Part shown: piece after piece, positions 49,400 to 58,955 of the stretch | Layout: each line of letters starts with the position of its first letter | Position numbering within the stretch: the first letter of the stretch is position 1 | Assembly: GCA_947501605.1 (NCBI GenBank) | Contig: CANMWZ010000013.1 | Span: 1 to 64,000, forward strand | Origin: Planctomycetota bacterium | Lineage (GTDB): Bacteria; Planctomycetota; UBA1135; UBA2386 | Length of the DNA stretch: 64,000 nt | Reading direction: 5' to 3' | The notes under the pieces: generated by a model | Seen by the model: only the letters and a program-made list of their open reading frames with translations | Database searches by the model: none | Told to the model about the DNA's origin: nothing | Made by a program: the position numbers and the translations under genes

Positions 49400-52332
49400 A
49401 CCGCCGCACTCGCTTTTGCGTGACCCTCGACGTCGAACGCGACTACGCACCGGAGTGGCGAACGCCGCCGTCGCTGACCTTCGATAGCGTTACACGAGCA
49501 CTGCCGGCGACGTTTGCACCCCTGTGCCAAGCGCACGGCGTGCGCCCCACGTATCTGCTAAGTCCGGAGACCCTGTGCTCACGGACGGCGACGGCGGCGT
49601 TGCGTGCACTGCGGCAGCAGCACCACTGCGAACTCGGCGCCCATCTGCACGCGGAGTACGTGCCGCCGGGACCACGGCCGCAGCAATGGTGCAATCAGGA
49701 CGTGCGCATCGCCGCGATGCAGCGAGACCTCGAACCCGGCGATGAACACGCTCGCCTCGCGACGCTCACCGAGCTGTTCGCCCAACAACTCGGCGCACGG
49801 CCAAGCTCCTTCCGTGCCGGTCGCTTCGGCGCGAGTCCGCACACGGGCCGCATCCTCAGCGAACTCGGCTACCTCGTCGACTCTTCGGTCACGCCCGGCG
49901 TGGTGTGGCAGTCGGCAGATGGCACCGCGGCCCCCGACTATCGCTCACTTCGCCACGTTCCGTACCGCGTGCACGATGACGGCAATCTATGGCGCCCCGG
50001 CACCGGCTCGCTGTTCGAGATCCCGGTCACCGTGCTGTCGCCAGACGCGCTTGGTCGCAGCGGCAGTGACCCGGTTTGGCTGCGCCCCTGGTTCAGCGAT
50101 CGCGCGACGATGCTTGCCATCCTCGAAGCCGCCGCGCGCGCCGAGGACGCCGGCATGCCATGGCAAACGCTGTGCATGATGTTCCACTCGATGGAGCTCG
50201 TGGCCGGCGCCTCGCCCTATCCGCAGACCGAGACCGACGTCGCGCGCTACGTGGGGGATCTCGATGCCGTCTTCGCCCGCGCGCGCGAACTGGGCTTTGT
50301 CGCCGCAACACTGACCGAAGCCGCTCTCGATCTAGCGCGCGAGGGTGACGAAGACGCACGCCGGGCTGCTGTCTGCATCGATCCGTCGGCATGGACGGCG
50401 AAGCAGCCGCAGTGGCAGGTGTTCGCCAACGCCTTCGACCCGGCGCCGACGCTCGCGGCCCACGGCACGCAACCGTGGTTCCTCTACAGCGTCAACCATC
50501 GCCACGAACGGTGGGACAACTGCCTCGGTTACGAGTGGCTGTCATTGAACGTCAGACCGGATGCGGCGGTCCTCGACCTCGGCTGCGGCCCTGGCTTCAA
50601 CCTCCAGTGGCTCGCGCGCCGCGGCTTCACGCAGCTGTACGGCTGCGATCTCGACCCCAAGGCGGTCACCGCCGGAACGGACATCGCGACCGCTACCAAC
50701 GCATCCGTCCACCTCTGGGTCGACGACGCCATCACGATGATGGCGGCGCCGCGACGCACGTTTGCGGCGATCGCGGCGATGAACTGGATTCCGCTGGTCG
50801 GCGACTTCGATCTCGACGCGTTCTTGTGCCGTGCGTGCGCCTTGCTGACTGAAGACGGCGCGTTGTTGCTCGACTACATCGACGAGAACTACGCCCAGAA
50901 CGAGAAGCACCGCTGGCTCACCGGCGACTGGAACAAGCCCGAAGGCGAACGGCGGCCGAGCGAGTACCGCACGCGCTTCTCGCCTGCAGTGCTGATCGCC
51001 GCGATGCGACGCCGTGGCTTTCAGGTCGAACGCCACTGGCGCGTCGACGGCGCCGTGCCGCGCGGCGTGCTCGCGTGCCGCCGCACGACCGTGCGCAAGA
51101 AGCAGGTCCTCTGGGTTGTGGACGCCCCGGGTTGGGCGCACGACCGCAAGGCGCAGAACCTCTGCCGCGCGCTCGCGGATCGATACGACGGCCGCATCGT
51201 CTACCAGGATGCGCTGGCCAGCAGCGACCTGCTGCAGGCCGATCTCGTGGTGCTGTTCTATTGGCGACAGCTGCAGTCGCTCGATCGACTCAAGGCCGAG
51301 TTCGCACGCTTGCGCCACAAGCTCCTGATCGGCATCTGCTCGCACAACGAACTCGAAGGCGCCTTCGAGAAGCAGGGACTCTCCGTGCTCCGACGACTGC
51401 CGCGCGCGGTGTTCACGCACAGCTCCCTCCTCGAACACGAGTACCGCGCTCGCGTCGGCGGTACGGCCTACTGCCTGCCGAACGGCGTCGACTCGACGTT
51501 CTTCATGCCAGGCGAACACGCGCGCAGCGCCGGTCTGCCTCTACGTGTCGGCTGGGCTGGCAGCATCGCCAACTTTGGCGGCGAGATGCGCGGCCTGCCC
51601 AACGTCATCGAACCAGCGATTGCGCGCCTCGATGGCGTCGAGCTGCGCATCGCCGCACGCGAGGAGCGCTTGCGGACGCAGGACGAAATGCGCGCCTTCT
51701 ATCGCGAACTCGATGTCTACGTCTGCGCCAGCCGTGTCGAGGGCACGCCAAATCCCTGCCTCGAAGCAGCCGCCTGCGGCGTGCCCGTGGTCACGACCGC
51801 GGTCGGCAACATGCCGGAGCTGATCCGCGACGGCGAGAATGGCTACCTACTGCCGCGCGATGCAGCAGCCTTTGCGTGCGCCTTCGCCAAGCTACGCGAC
51901 GATCCAGAGCTACGTCTCCGCATGAGCCAAGCCATCCGCGCCACGATCGAACGCGACTGGGACTGGGGCCCGCGAGCCGATGGCTTTGCCCGGATGTTCG
52001 ATGCTGCGCTCGCAGCGGCGCGCGGCCCGCTCGTCGCCTTGGACCATGTGACCCGCGGCGAACGGAGCCTTGAAACTGCCGATTGGGCCACCGCGAAGGG
52101 CGCTTTCTACGACGCCCTCGACGCCGATTCGGGCTGCAGCATCGCGCACGCGCACCTCGCTGTGCTTTGGTGGGACGAAGGCACACCCGATGCAGCGCTG
52201 ACGGCACTCGGTCATCAGACGGCCGCTGTGCAAATGGCGCGCGATTGCGCGCGCACGCGTGCGCTCGTTGCCGATCTACTGCGCCGCCAGGGCAAACTCG
52301 ACGCCGCCAACGCACTCGCCGCCGCGCGCTGA
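49396..52332 (+). CDS. Fusion of polysaccharide deacetylase-like, SAM methyltransferase, GT4 and TPR-like domains
   Basis: VTLDVE.D, ELGAHLH, FRAGRFG, DSSVTP, FHSME; LDLGCGPG; EGTPNPCLEAAACG. Confidence 0.85.
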   Translation: MNRRTRFCVTLDVERDYAPEWRTPPSLTFDSVTRALPATFAPLCQAHGVRPTYLLSPETLCSRTATAALRALRQQHHCELGAHLHAEYVPPGPRPQQWCNQDVRIAAMQRDLEPGDEHARLATLTELFAQQLGARPSSFRAGRFGASPHTGRILSELGYLVDSSVTPGVVWQSADGTAAPDYRSLRHVPYRVHDDGNLWRPGTGSLFEIPVTVLSPDALGRSGSDPVWLRPWFSDRATMLAILEAAARAEDAGMPWQTLCMMFHSMELVAGASPYPQTETDVARYVGDLDAVFARARELGFVAATLTEAALDLAREGDEDARRAAVCIDPSAWTAKQPQWQVFANAFDPAPTLAAHGTQPWFLYSVNHRHERWDNCLGYEWLSLNVRPDAAVLDLGCGPGFNLQWLARRGFTQLYGCDLDPKAVTAGTDIATATNASVHLWVDDAITMMAAPRRTFAAIAAMNWIPLVGDFDLDAFLCRACALLTEDGALLLDYIDENYAQNEKHRWLTGDWNKPEGERRPSEYRTRFSPAVLIAAMRRRGFQVERHWRVDGAVPRGVLACRRTTVRKKQVLWVVDAPGWAHDRKAQNLCRALADRYDGRIVYQDALASSDLLQADLVVLFYWRQLQSLDRLKAEFARLRHKLLIGICSHNELEGAFEKQGLSVLRRLPRAVFTHSSLLEHEYRARVGGTAYCLPNGVDSTFFMPGEHARSAGLPLRVGWAGSIANFGGEMRGLPNVIEPAIARLDGVELRIAAREERLRTQDEMRAFYRELDVYVCASRVEGTPNPCLEAAACGVPVVTTAVGNMPELIRDGENGYLLPRDAAAFACAFAKLRDDPELRLRMSQAIRATIERDWDWGPRADGFARMFDAALAAARGPLVALDHVTRGERSLETADWATAKGAFYDALDADSGCSIAHAHLAVLWWDEGTPDAALTALGHQTAAVQMARDCARTRALVADLLRRQGKLDAANALAAAR

Positions 52333-52418
52333 TATCGCGCCACAGCCGGCCAGCAACATCGCGGCGCAGCAAGCGCAATACTCGGCGCCCGCCATCCCCC
52401 GCCCAGCGTCCTCGCGGC

Positions 52419-54251
52419 ATGAGAAGCCCACGCTGCCTCGCGCCTACGCTCAGAGCGACTCTGCTGCTCGTAGCCCTGTTGCTGTCGCTTCCGGGAAGCG
52501 CGCAATCGTTGGCGTGGCAGTTGCCACCACTCGGGTCTGTCGAGTACCGCCGCAACTGCAAGTCACACAGCGGCGTCGCTGAGTCAGCTGCCGCGGCGCA
52601 CAAGCTCGTGCCGACCGAGGCCGTGCCAGAAAAGTACTTGCCCGACCTCTGGCCAGCGCCATGGCTTTGCGACGGGGAGCTCGACGCGGATCGCCGCGCG
52701 CCGGTCACTCCGGTCCGCGACCTACGCGATGTGCTTCGACGAATCGCACTCGATCTCTCCGTCCAGAGCAGCGGAACGTGGCAGTTTCCGCGACTCGTGC
52801 CCTTTGGCGACGTGATCGTACGCGGACGCATCGGGCCTCGCGGCGACGACGGCATCCAGGACTTCGAGCTCACGATCGATCGACGTCCAGCAACGCCACT
52901 GCCAAGCGACCCGCGCAGTGGTCCGTATGCGCTGACCCAGATGTTCGCCTTCGACGTGAACGGGACGATCGCGATTCGTCGCGTTGTCGATGTCGAGCAC
53001 GGGCTGGTGCGCTCGTTCGAGGCACAGGCGAGTCTTGTGGTGCAAGAGGACAAGAAGCGCTTTCGCCACATCGTGCTGCAGGACCACTGGGAGCTGATTG
53101 CCGTGCGCGACAACCAGGACGCCGACTTTCGCGCACGCGTCGCGGCCGCCGTTCGCAGCGGCTCCCAATGGGTGCACGAATCGCTGAAAGGAGTCAGCGC
53201 CACATGGTTGCGCGATACCGCCGACGACGACTACACGTTTGGCAGCGGCCGACTCGCACTCGCGGTGTTGACGCTGCTGCACGCCGAAGTGGCGCCCGAT
53301 GACCCCGTTCTCGCTGCGGCGATGACCGCACTGCAGCGCCGCAAGATCGTCGACACCTACTCGTTGGCGACGGCGCTGATGGCCTTGTCGCAACGCTATG
53401 CCCCAGCCCGCGAGGCCGAGATGGTGCGCTCTGGTGCGGTGGTCCTCCGAGCGGCACGAGACCTACCGCCGCGCGAACGCGAACTCGCCCAGAAGTGGCT
53501 CGATCGTTTGCTCGACAACCGCGACACCCGCGTCGACCCGGACAAGACCCTGCGCTTTGACTACGACGGCGGCAAGCGCTTCGACAACTCGGTGTCGCAG
53601 TACGGCCTACTCGGCCTCGACGCTGCTGCGCTGTGCGGATTGCCGATCTCGGACGCCACCTGGAATGCGGCAGCTGACCATTTCCTCTCGGTTCAGTGCC
53701 CTGCGCGCGGATCGCCCGTAGCGCTGTCGTTGTTGACGCACCGCGAACTGATGCTCGCTGCCGGCGCCGAACCCGCGTCACGTACTCTGCGTGCAGCACC
53801 CCGCGGCTTCTCGTACCAGGCCCCCGACGAGCCGCCGTACGGCAGCCTGACTGCCGCGAGCCTCGCCGGCATGGTCGTCGCGCGCGCCGGCATGCTGCGC
53901 AACGAGCGCGCGCCGCGGCAGCGCTTGCGCGACATGGACGCAGCGATCGAGTCGGCGTTCGCATGGCTCGGCGCCGAGTTCACGCCACGGGCCAACCCGG
54001 GGTTTGTCGGCAAGGCCGACAAGCACTGGTACTACTGGCTCTACAGCCTCGAACGCGCCTGCGAACTCGCCGGTATCGCCCGCCTCTGCGGGCGCGATTG
54101 GTACTACGAAGGCGCCGTGCAGATCCTGTCGCAACAACAGAAGACCGGCGCGTTCAAGACCGGCGGCGGCGAGACCATGGGGATCGAGGCCACGTGCCTT
54201 GCGATCTTGTTCCTGAAGAAGTCGACGCTGCCCGCGATCACCGGACGCTGA
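52419..54251 (+). CDS. Secreted protein with a prenyltransferase/squalene-cyclase-like alpha-barrel
   Basis: Signal peptide; DNSVSQYGLLGL, YGSLTAA, YYWLYSLERA, DWY..GA..IL..Q. Confidence 0.75.
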   Translation: MRSPRCLAPTLRATLLLVALLLSLPGSAQSLAWQLPPLGSVEYRRNCKSHSGVAESAAAAHKLVPTEAVPEKYLPDLWPAPWLCDGELDADRRAPVTPVRDLRDVLRRIALDLSVQSSGTWQFPRLVPFGDVIVRGRIGPRGDDGIQDFELTIDRRPATPLPSDPRSGPYALTQMFAFDVNGTIAIRRVVDVEHGLVRSFEAQASLVVQEDKKRFRHIVLQDHWELIAVRDNQDADFRARVAAAVRSGSQWVHESLKGVSATWLRDTADDDYTFGSGRLALAVLTLLHAEVAPDDPVLAAAMTALQRRKIVDTYSLATALMALSQRYAPAREAEMVRSGAVVLRAARDLPPRERELAQKWLDRLLDNRDTRVDPDKTLRFDYDGGKRFDNSVSQYGLLGLDAAALCGLPISDATWNAAADHFLSVQCPARGSPVALSLLTHRELMLAAGAEPASRTLRAAPRGFSYQAPDEPPYGSLTAASLAGMVVARAGMLRNERAPRQRLRDMDAAIESAFAWLGAEFTPRANPGFVGKADKHWYYWLYSLERACELAGIARLCGRDWYYEGAVQILSQQQKTGAFKTGGGETMGIEATCLAILFLKKSTLPAITGR

Positions 54252-54282
54252 TTTCGCCAGTGGCGCGAGCGATGATGTCGTC

Positions 54283-55173
54283 ATGAGCCACTTCCTTGAT
54301 CGTCGCTCCATGCTGGGTGTTTGCGCCGGCGCGCTGTCCCTCACTTCCTTGCCGGCTGCGGTACGCCCGGTGACCGAATCACCAGCACCGCCGCGTGGCC
54401 GCACGCTGAAGCAGTCCGTTGCACGCTGGACCTACGGCAGCACGCCGCTCGACGAACTCTGTGCCCACGCCAAGGCCATCGGCCTCGTCGGCATCGACCT
54501 GCTGCATCCAGAGGAATGGGCCGTGCCAGCGAAGCACGGGATCATCTGCACGATGTCGTTTTGCCCCAAGAGCATGCAAATCGGTCGCGGCATGAATCGG
54601 CTGGAGAACCACGATCCGTTCGTGAAGGACTGTGCAGACCTGCTGCCGCGCATCGCCGACGCCGGCATCGCCAACATGGTCGTTTTCAGCGGCAACCGCG
54701 ACGGCCAGGATGAAGCGACCGGGATCGCCAACTGCGTTGCGGGCTTTCGGCGCCTCGCGCCGCTCGCCGAGAAGGCGGGCGTCACGCTGTGCATGGAGTA
54801 CCTCAACAGCAAGGTCGACCACGCCGACTACGCGTTCGATCGGATGAACTACGGCCTCGAGGTCTGCAAACAGGTCGGCTCACCGCGCGTGAAGATCCTC
54901 TACGATATCTACCACGCTCAGATCATGGAAGGCGATGTCATCCGCACGCTGCGCGACCACATCGAGCACATCGGTCACTTTCACACGGGCGGAGTGCCCG
55001 GCCGAAACGACATCGACGACACCCAAGAGCTTTACTACCCAGCCATCTGCAGAGCGATCCTCGACACTGGCTTCGATGGCTTCCTGGCCCACGAGTTCTT
55101 GCCGAAGAAGGACGGACTCGCAACGCTGAAACGCTGCGCCGACATCTGCCGCGTCGAGGCGACCGCGAAGTGA
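54283..55173 (+). CDS. Hydroxypyruvate isomerase-family TIM barrel with Tat signal
   Basis: DRRSML, FSGNR, E.LNSKVDH, LYDIYH.QIMEG, HTGGVPGR. Confidence 0.9.
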   Translation: MSHFLDRRSMLGVCAGALSLTSLPAAVRPVTESPAPPRGRTLKQSVARWTYGSTPLDELCAHAKAIGLVGIDLLHPEEWAVPAKHGIICTMSFCPKSMQIGRGMNRLENHDPFVKDCADLLPRIADAGIANMVVFSGNRDGQDEATGIANCVAGFRRLAPLAEKAGVTLCMEYLNSKVDHADYAFDRMNYGLEVCKQVGSPRVKILYDIYHAQIMEGDVIRTLRDHIEHIGHFHTGGVPGRNDIDDTQELYYPAICRAILDTGFDGFLAHEFLPKKDGLATLKRCADICRVEATAK

Positions 55174-55270
55174 GGGCGAACCGAGCGCCAGAATGCGATA
55201 GACCCCGATCCGCGCGATCGCGGACCGGGGTCATGGGCCAAGGCGGTCGTCGCCGACCGCGCCGCCGGGG

Positions 55271-57202
55271 TCACTGCAAGCGGAACGCGATCGAGCCAGG
55301 CGTGCCGCCGAGCGCGGACTCAACCCACACGGTCGTGTCGCCCGCCACCGGCCGGAACGGCGCAGTGTTGTTCGCTTGCTGCATCGAGAAGACACCGGTC
55401 GGATCGACCACGGCCGAGCCAAGACGGCGAGTGCGATCGCCGATGCGACCAAGATACATCGTCACTGTCTGACCAAGGATCAGGCTCGTAGTACCGGATA
55501 CGCGCCACGCGACATTCCGTTGGTTGTAGCGAGCGTCGCGCACTGTCACGACGTCTGGCGACGGCACCACGATCGGTGGGCCTTGGACATGCACAATGAC
55601 CGAGTCCGACGAGATCGCGCCGGCGGCGCTGCGCACCGTGAGCGTGAACGACAGGTCGATCTGCGCACCGGCCGCAACCGTAGGGGCAAGGAACCCGGGC
55701 GCGGAAGTATCTGCACCGAGCAGCGCGACGGCGGCGCCGAGATCCTGGACCCACGCGTAGGTCGCAATCGGACCGGTGCTCGCTGCACCGCTCAGACCGA
55801 CTGCCGTTCCGCTCGGTGCAATGGCGTCCGGCCCCGCATCGGCGACGACCGGCTGAACCACGCCACCTGGAACACCGACGCCCTGCACCAGCACCGGAGC
55901 CTGATCGACACCACCGTTGCTCGAGCGAACGATCACACTGGTCGGTGGGATCGCGCCAAACGGCAGACCGCAGCCACCGCTTGCTACACCTGCACCTCTA
56001 GCCACGAGAACCGCCGGCGCGCGACCGGGAATCTCGACGCTGAGAACCGGGCTGGCGACTGCGTCGCTCGACGAAGCCGTCACGACCAGATCGCCGTTCA
56101 CCGTGAAGATGGCGGTCTGCACGTTGACCGCGTCGGTGATGGGCCCCTTGGTCCACACGGTCTCAGGGAAGTCCGTGACATTGGTCACGGAGACCTGCGT
56201 CGGGATAGCGGCACCCGCGCCGAGTTCGAGGCGGGTAAAGAAGCTGCCGTTCGCACCAGAGATCATGGCCCGAGAGACGCCGCCGGCGGAGGCGACCAGT
56301 GCCTGACCTACGGCACTAGAAGCCCAGACGTCGATCACCGTCGCCTGCGCTGAACGCTCGGCGTAGACGTGCTCGACCGCAGCACCGAGCCGAGTTGCGA
56401 CCTGGCCCTGGAGCACAAACGAGTTGAGTTGAGCTCGGCTCGCGCCATTGGCGTTGGCCGGGAACAGAGTGTTGGCGCCGGGACCCTCGATGCGCACGAA
56501 GTTGGTGCCGAACGGGCTACCTTGAACCGCCGTCAGAGTTCCGCCATCGCCGATGAAGGAGCCAGGAAGGTTGGCGCCGGCGAACCCGGAAGTGGCCAGG
56601 AACGAGCCGACGTTGCCCTTCAATGCCAGTGTGAAATCACCCGGCGAACCAATGCCGACATCCCGCGTGACATTGATCGTGCCCGGCAGCGGACCATCGA
56701 CGCCAGCAACGAAGCTCTCGACACCGTAGGGATGCGTGATCGTGTAGCTGGCTCCGTCAACGAGTCCACTGGCTCGGATGCGGATACGGGTGAAGACGAT
56801 CTGATCGCCCGCAAGCACCGACCCTCCGCCGAATGCCGCCTCGAGCGCACTGAGATAGCTGAAGCTCGCACCGGCTCCGGTCATCGTGGCCTGGGCGGCG
56901 AAGTAGAAGCTCTCGTCCGGCCAGTTGGTCGGAAACGACGGGGGCAGCGCCGGGTCTGGCAGGACCCAGAAGCAAAGGCCCGGATCCGTGCACAGACCGA
57001 GTCGCAGCCCGTTCGCGTCCTCGTAGTACACTGGGTAGCCGCTGGCTGGATCGACCGGACCGACGCGAGTCAGTCCGACCTGCGGAACTTGGGCGGACGC
57101 ATGTTCGGCGGGCACAAACACGCTGGTCAGTACGACGGCAGACGTGAAGAGAGCATGGACTAGGCGCAGGGGACTGCGCGTGTCCGTTCGACGAGTGGAC
57201 AT
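55271..57202 (-). CDS. Secreted Ig/PKD-domain protein
   Basis: Signal peptide ASAQ, GPVDP..GYP.YY.D..G..L.LC domain, PKD-like ADAGPD..LSG. Confidence 0.78.
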   Translation of the reverse strand: MSTRRTDTRSPLRLVHALFTSAVVLTSVFVPAEHASAQVPQVGLTRVGPVDPASGYPVYYEDANGLRLGLCTDPGLCFWVLPDPALPPSFPTNWPDESFYFAAQATMTGAGASFSYLSALEAAFGGGSVLAGDQIVFTRIRIRASGLVDGASYTITHPYGVESFVAGVDGPLPGTINVTRDVGIGSPGDFTLALKGNVGSFLATSGFAGANLPGSFIGDGGTLTAVQGSPFGTNFVRIEGPGANTLFPANANGASRAQLNSFVLQGQVATRLGAAVEHVYAERSAQATVIDVWASSAVGQALVASAGGVSRAMISGANGSFFTRLELGAGAAIPTQVSVTNVTDFPETVWTKGPITDAVNVQTAIFTVNGDLVVTASSSDAVASPVLSVEIPGRAPAVLVARGAGVASGGCGLPFGAIPPTSVIVRSSNGGVDQAPVLVQGVGVPGGVVQPVVADAGPDAIAPSGTAVGLSGAASTGPIATYAWVQDLGAAVALLGADTSAPGFLAPTVAAGAQIDLSFTLTVRSAAGAISSDSVIVHVQGPPIVVPSPDVVTVRDARYNQRNVAWRVSGTTSLILGQTVTMYLGRIGDRTRRLGSAVVDPTGVFSMQQANNTAPFRPVAGDTTVWVESALGGTPGSIAFRLQ

Positions 57203-57653
57203 GAGAGGAGAGCTAGATGGAGATGCACTCCGCCGGAATAACTGCGGGCCTCGTCAGCTGCACGACAGGGCAACTGAGAGATGGCGGTGGCGAGACGACG
57301 CGATGGCGAAGTGCGTATCGCATGCTCATTGTCTTGGCCCGCCGCACGGGAACGCGAAAGGCATTGCCGATATCGCTGTTTGGCGGGCCGTCGATTCTGG
57401 TCGAGCCTTCTGCAATGACGCAGGCGCATCGAGGGCCCTGGTCTGATTGCCCATCAATGCACCGGGGCGCAACCGGCGATGCGACTCACAATGCGCGCGG
57501 CACTGCAGTGGTGATGCCGCGCACAGAGAGCGACGGGGATGGTCTTCTTGCTGTCAGAGACCGGCTCTATGGATCGGGGCGGGTCGAGCGCGATTCGATG
57601 AGGCTCGCAGAAGCACCCTCGCTACGGGCAGCCTAGACCACCGATTGCCTCGG

Positions 57654-57707
57654 CGCGGACTTGGGTTTCCTCTTCGCGGACTCGGGTTTCCTCTTCGCGG
57701 ACTTGGG
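57654..57707. repeat. 21-bp intergenic tandem repeat, about 2.6 copies
   Basis: CGCGGACTYGGGTTTCCTCTT at 57654 and 57675, partial copy at 57696. Confidence 0.9.
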
Positions 57708-57865
57708 GCAAACGCTCTTGAACAGCCCATGAGTCGAGGATCGTTCTCGAGGATCACACAGCTACCCGTCGACCCGACACGCCACCGCGCCGCGCCGGCG
57801 AGACACGGGAGTTGCGATCCGACGCGCGATCGAGAGTTGTCAGATCGCCCTTCTTGAACCGACCG

Positions 57866-58531
57866 CTACCAGCTCGCGAAGTCGAGCAGGAGGCCAATCC
57901 CTGCGCCCACGGCAATGTCGCGACCTTGGTGCCTGCTACCACTGCCGACGATCGCGCCGATACCAGCGCCCACCACGGTGTTGACCGGGAAGTTGGTTTG
58001 CCGACACGACGAACCGTAGCCGTAGATCGGGTTGCCGTAGCCGTCGTAGCCGTAGCCGTAGCCGTAGCCGTAGCCGTAGCCGTAAGGGGCCACGTAAGGA
58101 TCGCTGTAGACGGGGCGATCGACATAGACCGTCTGCTGCAGCGGCAGCGGCGCGTTGGTGGTGTCGGCGGCGCGACGCTCATCTGCGGTCTGCTGCAGCC
58201 AAGCCTTGGTCGCCTCTTCGTCAGTCGTCGTCCGCAGGCCGCGCTGCCGCAGCAGGTCGCTAGGCTGCAGCGACGAATCGGAACTCGGGGCCAAGTTGCC
58301 GCGGGTCTCGGCGGCGCGCCGCTCCGCCACCTCGCCGGCGAGCCACGCCTGCGTCTTCGGGTTGTCGGCGGTCGGCTGCACTTCGGCGGTCTCGATCGCG
58401 CGCGTTGGTAGCTGCCCTTGCGGCAACTGCAAACTGACGCCCGAGGGCGGCGGCACCGCGACGCGCGTGGAGGTCGATGTGGCAGAGCAGGCGGCTAGAG
58501 TCGTCGCGGCGATGAGAAGGATGCGTTGCAT
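57866..58531 (-). CDS. Lipoprotein with a (YG)n tract and C-terminal glycine zipper
   Basis: LAAC lipobox; YGYGYG; GAGIGAIVG...GAGIG. Confidence 0.8.
   Translation of the reverse strand: MQRILLIAATTLAACSATSTSTRVAVPPPSGVSLQLPQGQLPTRAIETAEVQPTADNPKTQAWLAGEVAERRAAETRGNLAPSSDSSLQPSDLLRQRGLRTTTDEEATKAWLQQTADERRAADTTNAPLPLQQTVYVDRPVYSDPYVAPYGYGYGYGYGYGYDGYGNPIYGYGSSCRQTNFPVNTVVGAGIGAIVGSGSRHQGRDIAVGAGIGLLLDFASW
58045..58084. repeat. Hexamer simple sequence repeat (CGTAGC)6.7 encoding Tyr-Gly repeats
   Basis: Read directly from the sequence. Confidence 0.95.
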
Positions 58532-58553
58532 GTGCGAGCCTCGCGGGAGCGGG

Positions 58554-58955
58554 TTACTTGTTCCAGCTCAAGCGCAAGACGAAATCGGCTGCTCGAGGCT
58601 GCCGCGAGAGTGCCTCGAAGTTGGACGTCCCACCCGGAGGCAGCAGCAGCACCTGACGATTGGTCTCGTCCGGCAGCGTTTGCCTCTGGCCATCGAGGAA
58701 TGCGGCTTGGGCCAGGATCTGAATCGGCTCGTCATCGATGTTCCGGATCGGGACAACAATGCGCAGGAAATCACCGGGCTGGATGCGCTCAACCAGCGGG
58801 CGGCCAGCGCGAACTACCGCTTGCAGCGAAGCATCGGCGACGACGACCTGGGCGATGGCCTCGGCATCGTCTTCGATCGCGTAGGCGGCATAAGGCGGAG
58901 CGCTGCAAGCGGTGGCGAACAGCGACACGGCAAACGGGAGCAGAAGGGACTTCAT
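58554..58955 (-). CDS. YcfL/DUF1425-like lipoprotein
   Basis: ATAC lipobox, N.....I......F.D..., P.A..F.L.L; lpoB operon context. Confidence 0.7.
   Translation of the reverse strand: MKSLLLPFAVSLFATACSAPPYAAYAIEDDAEAIAQVVVADASLQAVVRAGRPLVERIQPGDFLRIVVPIRNIDDEPIQILAQAAFLDGQRQTLPDETNRQVLLLPPGGTSNFEALSRQPRAADFVLRLSWNK

Noticed and set aside
57203..57450. c-di-GMP riboswitch upstream of the PKD protein
   Set aside because: The GGCAAA...GACGCAAAG core was not found in the right orientation.
57654..57707. CRISPR array
   Set aside because: The repeats are contiguous with no spacers, and there are no cas genes.
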